A DNA stretch of 64,000 bases from an uncultured bacterium. Its GTDB lineage: Bacteria; Bacillota_I; Bacilli_A; Erysipelotrichales; Erysipelotrichaceae. Shown in pieces: positions 47,762-56,623 of the stretch. The stretch lies in assembly GCA_903847945.1 (NCBI GenBank), contig CAINEY010000021.1, positions 19,501 to 83,500 on the forward strand, in the 5' to 3' direction. How positions within the stretch are numbered: position 1 is the first letter of the stretch; each line of letters opens with the position of its first letter. The position numbers were made by a program, and so were the translations under genes. Under the pieces are notes generated by a model. It worked only from the letters and a program-made list of their open reading frames with translations. It ran no database searches and was not told the DNA's origin.

Positions 47762-49178
47762 GAGAATCTCCAATTTTCGTCAAGAACTGAGTTCCGGTGG
47801 TATCGTAAAGGACTTCGCTGGGATCGATGTGCAGTTCTTGAGCCAAGATCTCGACGATCCGGCTCTCACAGAATCCGCCTTGACAGCGTCCGCTGCCGGG
47901 GCGCAAGCGTCGTTTGATGCCTTTGAGGGTATAGGCCGGTACTAAACCATGGGTCGCATCTACCACATCTTGTTTGGCGACGCTCTCGCAAACGCACACG
48001 ATGCGTCCGTAATCCGGGTGGAGATTGATCTTCTGATTCCGTTCTTCGGGAGTCAGTGTGTGAAGTGCTTTGGGGGACTTGAGCACCGATCGTTCAATCG
48101 GAACGGGATTCAATCGGGGAACGATAAACGTGTTCATCAGATACTCCGAAATGGCCGGTGCACTGGCTAGACCGGGGGAGTCGATCCCGATCGCATTGAC
48201 CCAACCGTTCTTGTCTTCCAGGATGAAATCCTTCGTGACGGAGATCGGGCGTACGCCGGCGAATTGACGGATCATGCGCGTCAAGGGCATCGGAACGATG
48301 ATTTGGGGGAGCTTGCGTTGGACTTCAGCCAAGCCTTCAGACGTACAGGCATTGTCATAGGGATCCTCGATGCGTTGACTGTTGGGTCCAAACATCACGT
48401 TGCCTTCCACGGTTTTGATGGCTAAAACGCCTTTTCCGAAGATTGGGGAAGGCACCGGGTAGATCACATGGTTCAAATAATCCCCATCGAATTTATCGGT
48501 GATCTGGTACTCGCCCTTGCGGAAATAGAGCCGTTGAGGTAAGGAGGGGTCGTGAAGACGGGCGACACCATCGCCACCCAATCCGGCACAATTGATGACC
48601 ATCTTGGCGTCATAGGATCCTTTGGGGGTCTTGACCGTAAAGTATTCGCCCGAAGTGACACCGATCACCGGTTCATCGGTTTTTAAGGTGACCCCATTAT
48701 GGACGGCGTTGGTGATGAGGGCATAGCCCATGGCCCACGGCATGATCACGGCGACTGATGGGAAATAAAGGGCTTGGATCACTTCGGGGGTCAAGTGAGG
48801 TTCTTTGGCTAAGGCGGCTTCCCGATTGAGGACTTCAAAGGGGATTCCGCGCCGTTCCGCCTTAACTTTGAGGGCTTCCAAAGCTTCCATCTCGTCGAAG
48901 GCTTTGGCAATCACCAGTCCACCGCATTGAAGTCGTTCCACACCTAATCGGGGACACCACTCCTGATAAAGTTGGGCTCCCCGAACATTCAATCGGGCTT
49001 TAAGGGATCCTTCGTCGGGATCGTACCCGGCATGGATGATTCCGCTGTTGGAGCTGGAGACTTCATCCAAGACTTCAATATTCTTTTCAAGCACCAAAAC
49101 ACTCAGGTTGGTTAAACTGAGCGTATAGGCCATGGCACAACCGACAATTCCGGCACCAATAACAATGACATCCACCAT
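47754..49178 (-). CDS. FAD-dependent glycerol-3-phosphate dehydrogenase/oxidase-like protein with a BFD-like [2Fe-2S] domain
   Basis: DVIVIGAGIVGCAMAY and C-terminal CVCESV..RPGSGRCQGGFC. Confidence 0.85.
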   Translation of the reverse strand: MVDVIVIGAGIVGCAMAYTLSLTNLSVLVLEKNIEVLDEVSSSNSGIIHAGYDPDEGSLKARLNVRGAQLYQEWCPRLGVERLQCGGLVIAKAFDEMEALEALKVKAERRGIPFEVLNREAALAKEPHLTPEVIQALYFPSVAVIMPWAMGYALITNAVHNGVTLKTDEPVIGVTSGEYFTVKTPKGSYDAKMVINCAGLGGDGVARLHDPSLPQRLYFRKGEYQITDKFDGDYLNHVIYPVPSPIFGKGVLAIKTVEGNVMFGPNSQRIEDPYDNACTSEGLAEVQRKLPQIIVPMPLTRMIRQFAGVRPISVTKDFILEDKNGWVNAIGIDSPGLASAPAISEYLMNTFIVPRLNPVPIERSVLKSPKALHTLTPEERNQKINLHPDYGRIVCVCESVAKQDVVDATHGLVPAYTLKGIKRRLRPGSGRCQGGFCESRIVEILAQELHIDPSEVLYDTTGTQFLTKIGDSHD

Positions 49179-49191
49179 AAAGGCCTCCTAA

Positions 49192-49231
49192 TAAAAATCG
49201 CGAAAAATGCGTTGTTGGGGCATCTCGCGAT
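49192..49231 (-). promoter_or_regulatory. Leader hairpin plus U-run immediately upstream of the glp operon RBS (candidate GlpP-controlled terminator)
   Basis: Minus strand ATCGCGAGATGC-CCCAACAAC-GCATT(TT)TCGCGAT followed by TTTTAT, then TAGGAGG and ATG. Confidence 0.45.
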
Positions 49232-49259
49232 CTCGGCCGAAGGATTAACTTGTACTTAC

Positions 49260-49288
49260 AGTATACGGCTTTTTTCATGTTTCGACAA
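49260..49288 (-). promoter_or_regulatory. Sigma-A promoter of the glp operon
   Basis: Minus strand TTGTCG-17 nt-TATACT. Confidence 0.6.
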
Positions 49289-49308
49289 GGTTCCGATATA
49301 ATGTAGTC

Positions 49309-50100
49309 ATGAATGATTGGGATGATCGTCTTTCGTTTTTGATGACCTTGATGCGGGAAGTGCGTCAAGATCTGATCCATCAGGTATTTACGACCTTGGA
49401 TCTCAAAGGCAACGTTTTCGACAACATCGTCACAGATGTGGATGTGGCGGTTCAGGAGCGCCTGGTCAGTGCCCTTTCGGCGCGCTTTCCCGATACGGCG
49501 TTTCTCAACGAAGAAGAAACGACGCATACGATGCATGAACGCATGTGGATCATCGATCCCATCGATGGGACAAAGAACTTCGTTCGACGTCAGGAAGACT
49601 ATGCGATCTCAGTGGCGTATTATGACCGCGGACAACCCGTCTTCGGAGTTGTGGTCGATGTGGCGAAGGACCTTTGGTATGTGGGAATCGAAGGACAAGG
49701 GGCGTGGCTCAATGACAAACCGCTTCCACCCGTGATCGCTCGTCCGCTGAAGCAGTCCGTGATGGATGTGAATCTGAAGACGCTGGATAAACTGCGGATC
49801 CACTACGGTGCTGAGGTTGATGCGCTCAGTCATACGCTGTTTGCGCACCGCTCGATCGGGTCAGGGGCCTTAAGTTTGTGTCGGATTGCTGCCGGTAAGC
49901 ACGATCTCTACCTCGGTGATCACTTGTCGATCTGGGATTATGCAGCCGGAGCGATCATTTTGCGGGCGGTTGGCGGCGAAGTCGCTTTCCCGTTTGCGGA
50001 TCCTTCAACGCCTGAACCTTCCCCGCAATTGCTGGTGGCTTCGGCCTCGACAGCTCAACTTCAGGAGTTGTCTACGGTGTTAAACGTAAATCTTGGGTAA
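49309..50100 (+). CDS. Inositol monophosphatase family protein
   Basis: FLNEEE, WIIDPIDGTKNF, IWDYAAG motifs. Confidence 0.85.
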   Translation: MNDWDDRLSFLMTLMREVRQDLIHQVFTTLDLKGNVFDNIVTDVDVAVQERLVSALSARFPDTAFLNEEETTHTMHERMWIIDPIDGTKNFVRRQEDYAISVAYYDRGQPVFGVVVDVAKDLWYVGIEGQGAWLNDKPLPPVIARPLKQSVMDVNLKTLDKLRIHYGAEVDALSHTLFAHRSIGSGALSLCRIAAGKHDLYLGDHLSIWDYAAGAIILRAVGGEVAFPFADPSTPEPSPQLLVASASTAQLQELSTVLNVNLG

Positions 50101-50173
50101 ATCACACGCTTTCACATAACTTAGTTATCATAACCAGATTGAATAATTATCATCTCTATAATAAAATAGAGTC

Positions 50174-50677
50174 ATGACGACGGAAACTTCATCGATTCGC
50201 GCTTTACCGCGCTGGGAAGATCTCCCGAATTTAGACTTGTATATGGATCAGGTCCTGACCTTAAGCGATCAGGTGTTGAGCCCGCTCAACGTCAAACCGA
50301 TCACGGCAGCCATGATCAATAATTACGTCAAGCTGAAGCTGATTCCGGCACCGGTCCACAAACGTTATACACGTCAACACGTGGCGTTTATCCTGGCGAT
50401 CGCGATCCTAAAGGATGTCTTTGAGATTGCGCAGATCCGGGATGGGATCCTTTTGGAGACCTCGGCCATGGAGCTCAAAATCGCGTACAACCGCTTTGTG
50501 AGTGAAGTGGAACAAGCCATGGGCTGGGTCGAAGCCCAAAGTCAAACCCCGACCCCGCAAGCCCTCTTCGATCCTTCCGTTCATCCGCATCCCATCATGA
50601 CCTTGGCGGCGCTTAGTTTTGCAGCCCAGCGTCAAGCTAAAGCGCTGATCAGCGCTCAAGGAGCCTCTCATGACTGA
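50174..50677 (+). CDS. DUF1836 domain protein
   Basis: LYMDQVLTL..ITAAMINNYVKLKLIPAPVHKRYTRQHVA is the typical partner found upstream of degV. Confidence 0.7.
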   Translation: MTTETSSIRALPRWEDLPNLDLYMDQVLTLSDQVLSPLNVKPITAAMINNYVKLKLIPAPVHKRYTRQHVAFILAIAILKDVFEIAQIRDGILLETSAMELKIAYNRFVSEVEQAMGWVEAQSQTPTPQALFDPSVHPHPIMTLAALSFAAQRQAKALISAQGASHD

Positions 50678-51521
50678 AAAAATCACCGTGATCACCGATT
50701 CCGGCAGTGATGTCCCCGCGGACATTGCGCATGAACTCGGCATCAAAATCATTCCTTTACAGATCAACTATAAAGATCGCTCCTACCGGGATGGCGTCGA
50801 TATCGATAGCGATACTGTCTATGAACGCTTAAGCACGGAAGTCCCCACGACCTCCTTGCCTAAGGGTGAAGATATCTTGGAGCTTTTAAAACAACTGGAA
50901 GCGGAAGGAACTACGCATATCCTGGCGGTGGTCTTATCGTCCGGTTTATCGGGAACGTACAACCTGATGCGTTTGATGGTGACTGAAACCGATTTGAAGA
51001 TGGCCGTGATCGACACGAAAAACATCGGAATCGGTAGCGGAATGAGTGCCATTGCGGCGGCACGGATGGTCAAAGCTGGGAAGCCATTTGACGATATCGT
51101 AACGGCCATGACGGAAGTCATCCAAAAAACCAAAGTCTTCTTCGTCTTGCAAACCTTGGAGTACCTCCAAAAAGGCGGACGGATCGGTAAAGTCACAGCC
51201 ATCGTTGGAACGGCGTTCGATCTTAAGCCCATTATCACCTGTAATGCGGAAGGTATCTACACCACGGTCACCAAGGCCCGTGGACGCAAACTCTCGCTCA
51301 ATCGGCTCAAAGAGCTCATTCTTGAGCAAGCCCAAGAGGCAAAGTCCTACAGCTTGGCCTTTGCGCATGGCTTGGCGTTTGAGGAGCTCACCAAGCTCAA
51401 AGACGATCTCAGCACCAAACTCCCTGGGATCAAAGAGATCTATGTGGGACCCTGTTCTCCGGCGTTGGGGGTCCATACGGGTCCCGGACTTCTGGGGATC
51501 GCGATTCAAATCCACGACTAA
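50670..51521 (+). CDS. DegV family (fatty-acid binding) protein
   Basis: KITVITDSGSDVP..IKIIPLQINY..SSGLSGTYN. Confidence 0.9.
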   Translation: MTEKITVITDSGSDVPADIAHELGIKIIPLQINYKDRSYRDGVDIDSDTVYERLSTEVPTTSLPKGEDILELLKQLEAEGTTHILAVVLSSGLSGTYNLMRLMVTETDLKMAVIDTKNIGIGSGMSAIAAARMVKAGKPFDDIVTAMTEVIQKTKVFFVLQTLEYLQKGGRIGKVTAIVGTAFDLKPIITCNAEGIYTTVTKARGRKLSLNRLKELILEQAQEAKSYSLAFAHGLAFEELTKLKDDLSTKLPGIKEIYVGPCSPALGVHTGPGLLGIAIQIHD

Positions 51522-51541
51522 ACCGCCTCGGCGGTTTTTCT
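51519..51541 (+). terminator. Intrinsic terminator
   Basis: AAACCGCC-TC-GGCGGTTT followed by TTC TTT. Confidence 0.8.
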
Positions 51542-51576
51542 TTAAGGTGTATAATGAAACCAAAAGGTGACCTCGG

Positions 51577-52233
51577 ATGTTAGAAACATGGATTCAGGAA
51601 GGACTCTGGGTTCTTCGACTTTTAGTCGCTACAGGATGCGGCATCATCATCGGCTTTGAACGGACAACACGCTATAAAGAAGCGGGGATCCGCACCCACG
51701 CCATTGTGGCATTAGGAGCAGCCTTGTTGATGCTGATCTCAAAGTTTGGGTTTCCCGAGAGCGGGGCTACGGATTCGGCTCGGGTCGCAGCGCAGATCGT
51801 TTCCGGGATCGGATTTTTAGGAGCCGGGATGATTTTAGTCCGCCGCAACACCGTGAGCGGTTTGACGACGGCTGCCGGGATCTGGACCACTTCCGCCGTG
51901 GGGATGGCGATCGGTGCCGGAATGTACGTCCTGGGTTTAGCCACGACAGTCATCATCGTCACGATCCAGGTCCTGTTTCATTCAACCTGGTTTCAGCGCT
52001 ATGACCGACCCAGTGATCCTTTGACCGTGATCCTGGATGTGGCCGACCCGCAACCGATCTTGCGCTTTGTGAAGATGCAGGATGTGGAGATCACCTCGTA
52101 CCGGGTTCGCGATGACGAGAATGGACATTATGAACTCGAAATGTACCTGCGCTTTCCGCCGGGACTCACCAAGTCACAACTGCGGGATCTGTTGATTGCC
52201 AAGCAACTCTTGGGTGAAGGGGATCCGGTTTAG
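51577..52233 (+). CDS. MgtC/SapB family membrane protein
   Basis: LRLLVATGCGIIIGFERTTRYKEAGIRTHAIVALGAAL. Confidence 0.85.
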   Translation: MLETWIQEGLWVLRLLVATGCGIIIGFERTTRYKEAGIRTHAIVALGAALLMLISKFGFPESGATDSARVAAQIVSGIGFLGAGMILVRRNTVSGLTTAAGIWTTSAVGMAIGAGMYVLGLATTVIIVTIQVLFHSTWFQRYDRPSDPLTVILDVADPQPILRFVKMQDVEITSYRVRDDENGHYELEMYLRFPPGLTKSQLRDLLIAKQLLGEGDPV

Positions 52234-52850
52234 TGGAACGATTTGTTGGTGTGTATGCTGTCGTTGGGATAGCGATGATTCTCAGTGTCACGATCCCGCG
52301 TTGGAAATGGACCTATTGGCCACTGAAAGCGCTGATGGGAGTATTGTATTTGGGGTTGGTTCAAGTCATCGGCTTAACGTACCTCAAAGGCATGGTCTTC
52401 TTGTTTTACTATCTGGGGGATCTGGTGTTGGGGATCCCAACGATGGAACTGCGCACCAAACTTCAATGGGGAATTGCGCTCTTTGGATCGGGACATCTGT
52501 TGGTTATCTTGGCGCTTGCTCAAGAAGTCGATGTGGTCATGATCGGCTTACTGATCGGGATCCTGTTCTTCTCGTTTCTGGGGACTGTTCGCTATTGGAT
52601 CCGGACCTATAACCTGGAAGGGTTGATGGGACCGGTCAATGCGTATGTGCTTGTGGTGATGACGATGGGCGTCTTGGGGATGATGGTGATGTCAACAGAA
52701 GGAATCCTGACGCTGGGAATCGTTCTCTTCATTCTCTCGGATGGCTTTCTGGCGTTATGGCACTTCAAACGAAAACCCTGGGTGGGGTTTAAGGTCGTGA
52801 ATATCTTATTTTATTACACGGCTGTAGTGTTGATGATCCTATCCATTTAA
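52233..52850 (+). CDS. YhhN-family (lysoplasmalogenase-like) membrane protein
   Basis: Polytopic, with FGSGHLLVILA and FILSDGFLAL motifs. The GTG start overlaps the mgtC stop (TAGTG). Confidence 0.7.
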   Translation: MERFVGVYAVVGIAMILSVTIPRWKWTYWPLKALMGVLYLGLVQVIGLTYLKGMVFLFYYLGDLVLGIPTMELRTKLQWGIALFGSGHLLVILALAQEVDVVMIGLLIGILFFSFLGTVRYWIRTYNLEGLMGPVNAYVLVVMTMGVLGMMVMSTEGILTLGIVLFILSDGFLALWHFKRKPWVGFKVVNILFYYTAVVLMILSI

Positions 52851-52872
52851 AACAAAACGTCATCTGCCGTTT

Positions 52873-53283
52873 TTAAATGTAATACATGGGTGCTTCGGTG
52901 TAGTGTTCTGCGATAGCAGTGATGCGTAAGGGAACCAAAACGGATTGCATGGCGTTATGTAAGGGCTGGTAGAGGGTTTCCAGTAAGACCTTATTCATGC
53001 GTTCATCGGTGAAATCAGCTTCTGGAAGGATTGCCAGTTCCGGTTCGAGTGCCGATAAGATTGTCCAGAGATCCGGTTGTCCCTCCAAACGATAGCCTCC
53101 GGTAGGACCTTTTTGAGCACTGACCAATTGGTGGGAGCGTAAAACGGAAAGCACCTGTTCAAGGTAAATCTTGGACAAGCCTAAGCGTTCGGCGATTTGC
53201 GTTAGGGGAAGCGTCTGTCCGTTGGCTTTCGCCAACAGAACCATGACGGCGATGCCGTAGCGGGTTTTTGAGGTCAGTTTCAT
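52873..53283 (-). CDS. Rrf2 family transcriptional regulator
   Basis: MKLTSKTRYGIAVMVLLA..LTQIAERLGLSKIYLEQVLSVLR. No Cys cluster is seen. Confidence 0.85.
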   Translation of the reverse strand: MKLTSKTRYGIAVMVLLAKANGQTLPLTQIAERLGLSKIYLEQVLSVLRSHQLVSAQKGPTGGYRLEGQPDLWTILSALEPELAILPEADFTDERMNKVLLETLYQPLHNAMQSVLVPLRITAIAEHYTEAPMYYI

Positions 53284-53373
53284 GAGTGTTCTCCTTGACG
53301 GGCTGGGATGATTTCACTATAATCGCATTATAACCTATATATCATAGTAATTAAATAGGTAATAGGAGCAAAC

Positions 53374-53796
53374 ATGAGAAATACCATTCCACGCCCCTTG
53401 GTGCGTGCTAATCAGTTCAGTATTGTGATCAGTGTCATCTTGTATGGGCTAAGTGGCGTTTGGGCATGGTTGCTGATTCCGCTGATCAGTGGACTGCTGT
53501 CGCTAACGATTGGGAAACATCCGATCATGATGATGGTCAAGCCGTTCTTACGTAAGCCGATGTCATCGTATGTCCAAGAAGATCGCAGCGAACAACGTTT
53601 TAATCAGATCTTGGCGGTGGTCTTGTTAAGTGCTTCGGTCATCAGTGCCATTTTGGGGTGGACCTTAATGTCCCTTATCCTGGCGGGCATGGTGTTCATG
53701 GCGGCTTTTGTTGCCATTCTGGGTTTCTGCATCGGGTGCTTTATCCAGTACCAATGGAAACAGTACCGTTACCGTAAACAACTTCTCACGCAGTAA
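53374..53796 (+). CDS. DUF4395-like membrane protein
   Basis: 140 aa with 4 TM helices; RANQFSIV.. and a C-terminal GFCIGCF motif. Confidence 0.6.
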   Translation: MRNTIPRPLVRANQFSIVISVILYGLSGVWAWLLIPLISGLLSLTIGKHPIMMMVKPFLRKPMSSYVQEDRSEQRFNQILAVVLLSASVISAILGWTLMSLILAGMVFMAAFVAILGFCIGCFIQYQWKQYRYRKQLLTQ

Positions 53797-53821
53797 AAAC
53801 GCCTTGATAAGGCGTTTTTTT
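53795..53821. terminator. Bidirectional intrinsic terminator
   Basis: AAAAACGCCTT-GAT-AAGGCGTTTTT. Confidence 0.85.
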
Positions 53822-53822
53822 C

Positions 53823-54899
53823 TTAGAAGACGTTGTTGCGGAACTTGGAGATGAACTCGGCTCTGGAATTCACCAAGAGCTTATTGTAGATGGACGAGAT
53901 GTGCTTCTTGACGGTGATTTCGGTCACGAAGAGTTTTTTGGCGATTTCTAAGTTCGGTAAACCTTCCAAGAGGAGGTTGGCCACTTCTTTCTCACGGGTC
54001 GAGAGAATCGGGGAAACGAATTTGACCGGTTCGGCATCCAGGATCGGGGTTTCTCCGATGTGCTGGTTGTTGATGACGACGTTGAGCTGCGCCTTGCGGA
54101 TCATCTCATCCGCCGACATAGCTGTTTCCATTTGCGTACACGTACCAACGTTCATCGAGAAATGGATGCGCTTGTTGTCGACGGTCACGCGGGTGTCGTT
54201 GACCTTTTGATTGAGGCGTTTACTGAGCTGGAAGGCCGTCTTGTCTGAGGCTTGGTTGAGCACGATGATGAAGCGTAAGCCGTGATAGCGCACCACGAAG
54301 TCATCCGGGTGATCGCAGGCACTCATCAAGACTTTGGCCAATTGTTGAAGGACGTAGTTGCCAACTTGATTGCCGTAGGTGTTATTGATGAAGGCGATGT
54401 TGTTGAGACTGATGTACATCAGGGTCAACGGTTGGACGGTTTCGAGTGCTTTCTGAGAAAGGAGCGGGAAACGTTTGAAGAGGAAGTGAGCGGTATACGC
54501 TTGAGTCAGGCTGTCTTTAATAACATGGTGAGAACCGGTCAAGAGTTCCGGCAGGAGGGCTTCAGTGCTGGTCTCGGTTTGTTCGACCAGGGTATTACTG
54601 AGGTCTTTCATCCCTTCGAGCACCATTGCTTTACCGTCGACAGTTACCGGAAGGGCCATGACCAGCATGACTTTCTCTCCGGAACTTTTCAGGCGATGTG
54701 CCGGTTTACCGGTCTGAATCACTTCATCGATCAGGCAACTGGCACACTTCTTCCCCAGATTCCAGGCTTCATCGCAACTGAGTTCGATGGGGGAATCGGG
54801 AATGCGGGTTTGCGGGTCGATCAGGCGGAAATGATCAAAGAAGGCAGCAGTGACCTGTGCCGATAAGGCATCAAAAAGGGACAATGGAATCTGGGACAT
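53823..54899 (-). CDS. LuxR-family HTH regulator fused to a Cys-rich sensor and a catalytically degenerate GGDEF domain
   Basis: C-terminal LSTREKEVANLLLEGLPNLEIAKKLFVTEITVKKHISSIYNKL. The GGDEF-fold region has SLNN for DxD and YHGLRF for GGDEF. Confidence 0.75.
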   Translation of the reverse strand: MSQIPLSLFDALSAQVTAAFFDHFRLIDPQTRIPDSPIELSCDEAWNLGKKCASCLIDEVIQTGKPAHRLKSSGEKVMLVMALPVTVDGKAMVLEGMKDLSNTLVEQTETSTEALLPELLTGSHHVIKDSLTQAYTAHFLFKRFPLLSQKALETVQPLTLMYISLNNIAFINNTYGNQVGNYVLQQLAKVLMSACDHPDDFVVRYHGLRFIIVLNQASDKTAFQLSKRLNQKVNDTRVTVDNKRIHFSMNVGTCTQMETAMSADEMIRKAQLNVVINNQHIGETPILDAEPVKFVSPILSTREKEVANLLLEGLPNLEIAKKLFVTEITVKKHISSIYNKLLVNSRAEFISKFRNNVF

Positions 54900-55058
54900 G
54901 GGAACCTCGTGACCAGTGCAGGGGGGTGCACATCAAAGGTCGATTTTTATGCTACTATCATATCATATTCAAGTTAATTTGGTTGAATTGTTGAGTGTGC
55001 AAGTTCTTGCTTGTGATTATACTTTAATATATCACAAATTTAGAAGAAATAGAGAGTA

Positions 55059-55115
55059 TTTCACCACCTTTTTAATGTCTATGCTACACTATGGACAGAT
55101 AGGAAAGTGGTGAAA
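55059..55115 (+). promoter_or_regulatory. Predicted 5'-UTR structure that would occlude the SD region of the first rnf/nqr-like gene
   Basis: The outer stem pairs TTTCACCAC(C)TTT (55059..55071) with GAAAGTGGTGAAA (55103..55115), 12 bp with one bulge. The inner hairpin is GTCTATG..CTATGGAC (55077..55096). The ATG is at 55118. Confidence 0.35.
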
Positions 55116-55117
55116 CA

Positions 55118-56038
55118 ATGACACAAACAACATCGGTAGTTCCCGAGGTCGGCTTAAGTCAGCGAAAATTGGTGCTGGTTGAAGCGGCTTTGGGTATTTT
55201 GGTTCTTGCTTCGGCACTGATCTTTGGGGTGAATATCCTGCTGGTCGCTGCTGTCTCCATCGTTTCCGCACTGGTGGTTGAGTTGATCTTCGCCAAAGGA
55301 CGTAAACGTCCCTTGGATCGCGGATGGCTCTACACGCCGTTGCTGATTACCTTACTCTTACCTCCGACTTCGCCCTTGTGGATGGCAGCCATTGGCGCAG
55401 CCTTTGGTACGTTCTTCGGGAAAGCGGTCTTTGGAGGCTATGGACGCTACGTGTTCAATCCGGCCGTTGTAGGGGTTCTCTTCTTGACCTTCGCGTTTCC
55501 GACGTACATGCTGACGCGTTGGTTGGATCCGATCACCTCCGACATCGTTGCGACTGCTACACCGCTCATCACCCTCAAACGGGCTTTACCGTTTGATTAC
55601 ACGCCTCTACAGCTGCTCATCGGCAATGTCCCGGGTTCCACGGGTGAAACCGTTCGCTTGGCGATCCTGGTCTTGGGTGGTCTACTCATGGCCATCAAGG
55701 CGTTGGATTGGAAAGCACCGCTGACCTACATCGCCACCGTCTACGGACTCAACTTTGTGGGGATGCTGGTGGCTCCTGAGAAATTCAGAGATCCGCTGTT
55801 GTCCGTCTTGGTGGGTGGGGTCTTCCTGGCTGCCTTCCTGATCGTGGGGGATCCGGTGACCTCACCGAAACAAACCCCGGCGAAACTTCTGTATGGGTTT
55901 GGTTTGGGACTGATCACCGTGGTCATCCGTAACTTCGCTACCTTCCCGGAAGGCGTCACCTTCGCGCTGATCATCATGAGCCCGGTGGCTGCGCTGCTGG
56001 ATAGCGTCAAGTATTCTAAAGCAGGGAAAACGTCATGA
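55118..56038 (+). CDS. RnfD/NqrB-family membrane subunit (Rnf-sized, 306 aa)
   Basis: GAAFGTFFGKAVFGGYGRYVFNPAVVG, GNVPGSTGET, and ATATPL at the position of the FMN-threonine motif. Confidence 0.9.
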   Translation: MTQTTSVVPEVGLSQRKLVLVEAALGILVLASALIFGVNILLVAAVSIVSALVVELIFAKGRKRPLDRGWLYTPLLITLLLPPTSPLWMAAIGAAFGTFFGKAVFGGYGRYVFNPAVVGVLFLTFAFPTYMLTRWLDPITSDIVATATPLITLKRALPFDYTPLQLLIGNVPGSTGETVRLAILVLGGLLMAIKALDWKAPLTYIATVYGLNFVGMLVAPEKFRDPLLSVLVGGVFLAAFLIVGDPVTSPKQTPAKLLYGFGLGLITVVIRNFATFPEGVTFALIIMSPVAALLDSVKYSKAGKTS

Positions 56039-56622
56039 AACAATACACCAAGATGTTAACCTTCGTCCTGGTGATGGGGCTCTTCACTTCCGCCGTCTTT
56101 GTGGGGATGGAACTGTGGACGGGTCCGCTCATTGCCGCCAACGAAGCCAATGAAATCAAAACCACCATTCTGGATGCCTATGATGTGCCGTACACCTTAG
56201 GCAACATCACTGAAGTCTTCGACGAAAAAGTCGAAGTCAAGACGATCGACGAGATCACCTTCTACATCGACAAATCCACCGGACGCATCAGTTATCAGTT
56301 TGCCGGAGGCGGAGTCTGGGGCGAAATCATCGGGGTCATTACCTTAGAACCCGATTTCGAAACGATCGTACGCATTCGGGTCCTGGAACAACAGGAAACC
56401 CCGGGCTTGGGCGGCATCGTCGCAACCCCGAAATACCTCAGTACGTTTGTCGGGATCAAGATGCTTCCCCAATTGGAAATCAATCAACCCGACAGTGCCA
56501 CCAACAAGCCCAACGAAGTCGATACGATCACCGGGGCGACCCGCACATCCAAAGCCTTCGAAAGCATGTTGAATGTGAGTTACACTGCCGCTGCAGCGGC
56601 TTGGGCTAAAGGAGGGAACTAA
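56035..56622 (+). CDS. RnfG/NqrC-family FMN-binding subunit
   Basis: N-terminal TM anchor, QETPGLGG, and the flavinylation motif DTITGATRTS. ATGA overlap. Confidence 0.85.
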   Translation: MKQYTKMLTFVLVMGLFTSAVFVGMELWTGPLIAANEANEIKTTILDAYDVPYTLGNITEVFDEKVEVKTIDEITFYIDKSTGRISYQFAGGGVWGEIIGVITLEPDFETIVRIRVLEQQETPGLGGIVATPKYLSTFVGIKMLPQLEINQPDSATNKPNEVDTITGATRTSKAFESMLNVSYTAAAAAWAKGGN

Positions 56623-56623
56623 G

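Noticed and set aside
54916-55271. The ORFs at 54916..55113 (+) and 55089..55271 (-), upstream of or overlapping the first rnf/nqr-like gene, might hide a missing NqrA/RnfC-type subunit.
   Set aside because: They are 60-65 aa, AT-rich and without an RBS, and they do not resemble NqrA/RnfC (each more than 400 aa). The region is better explained as promoter and leader.
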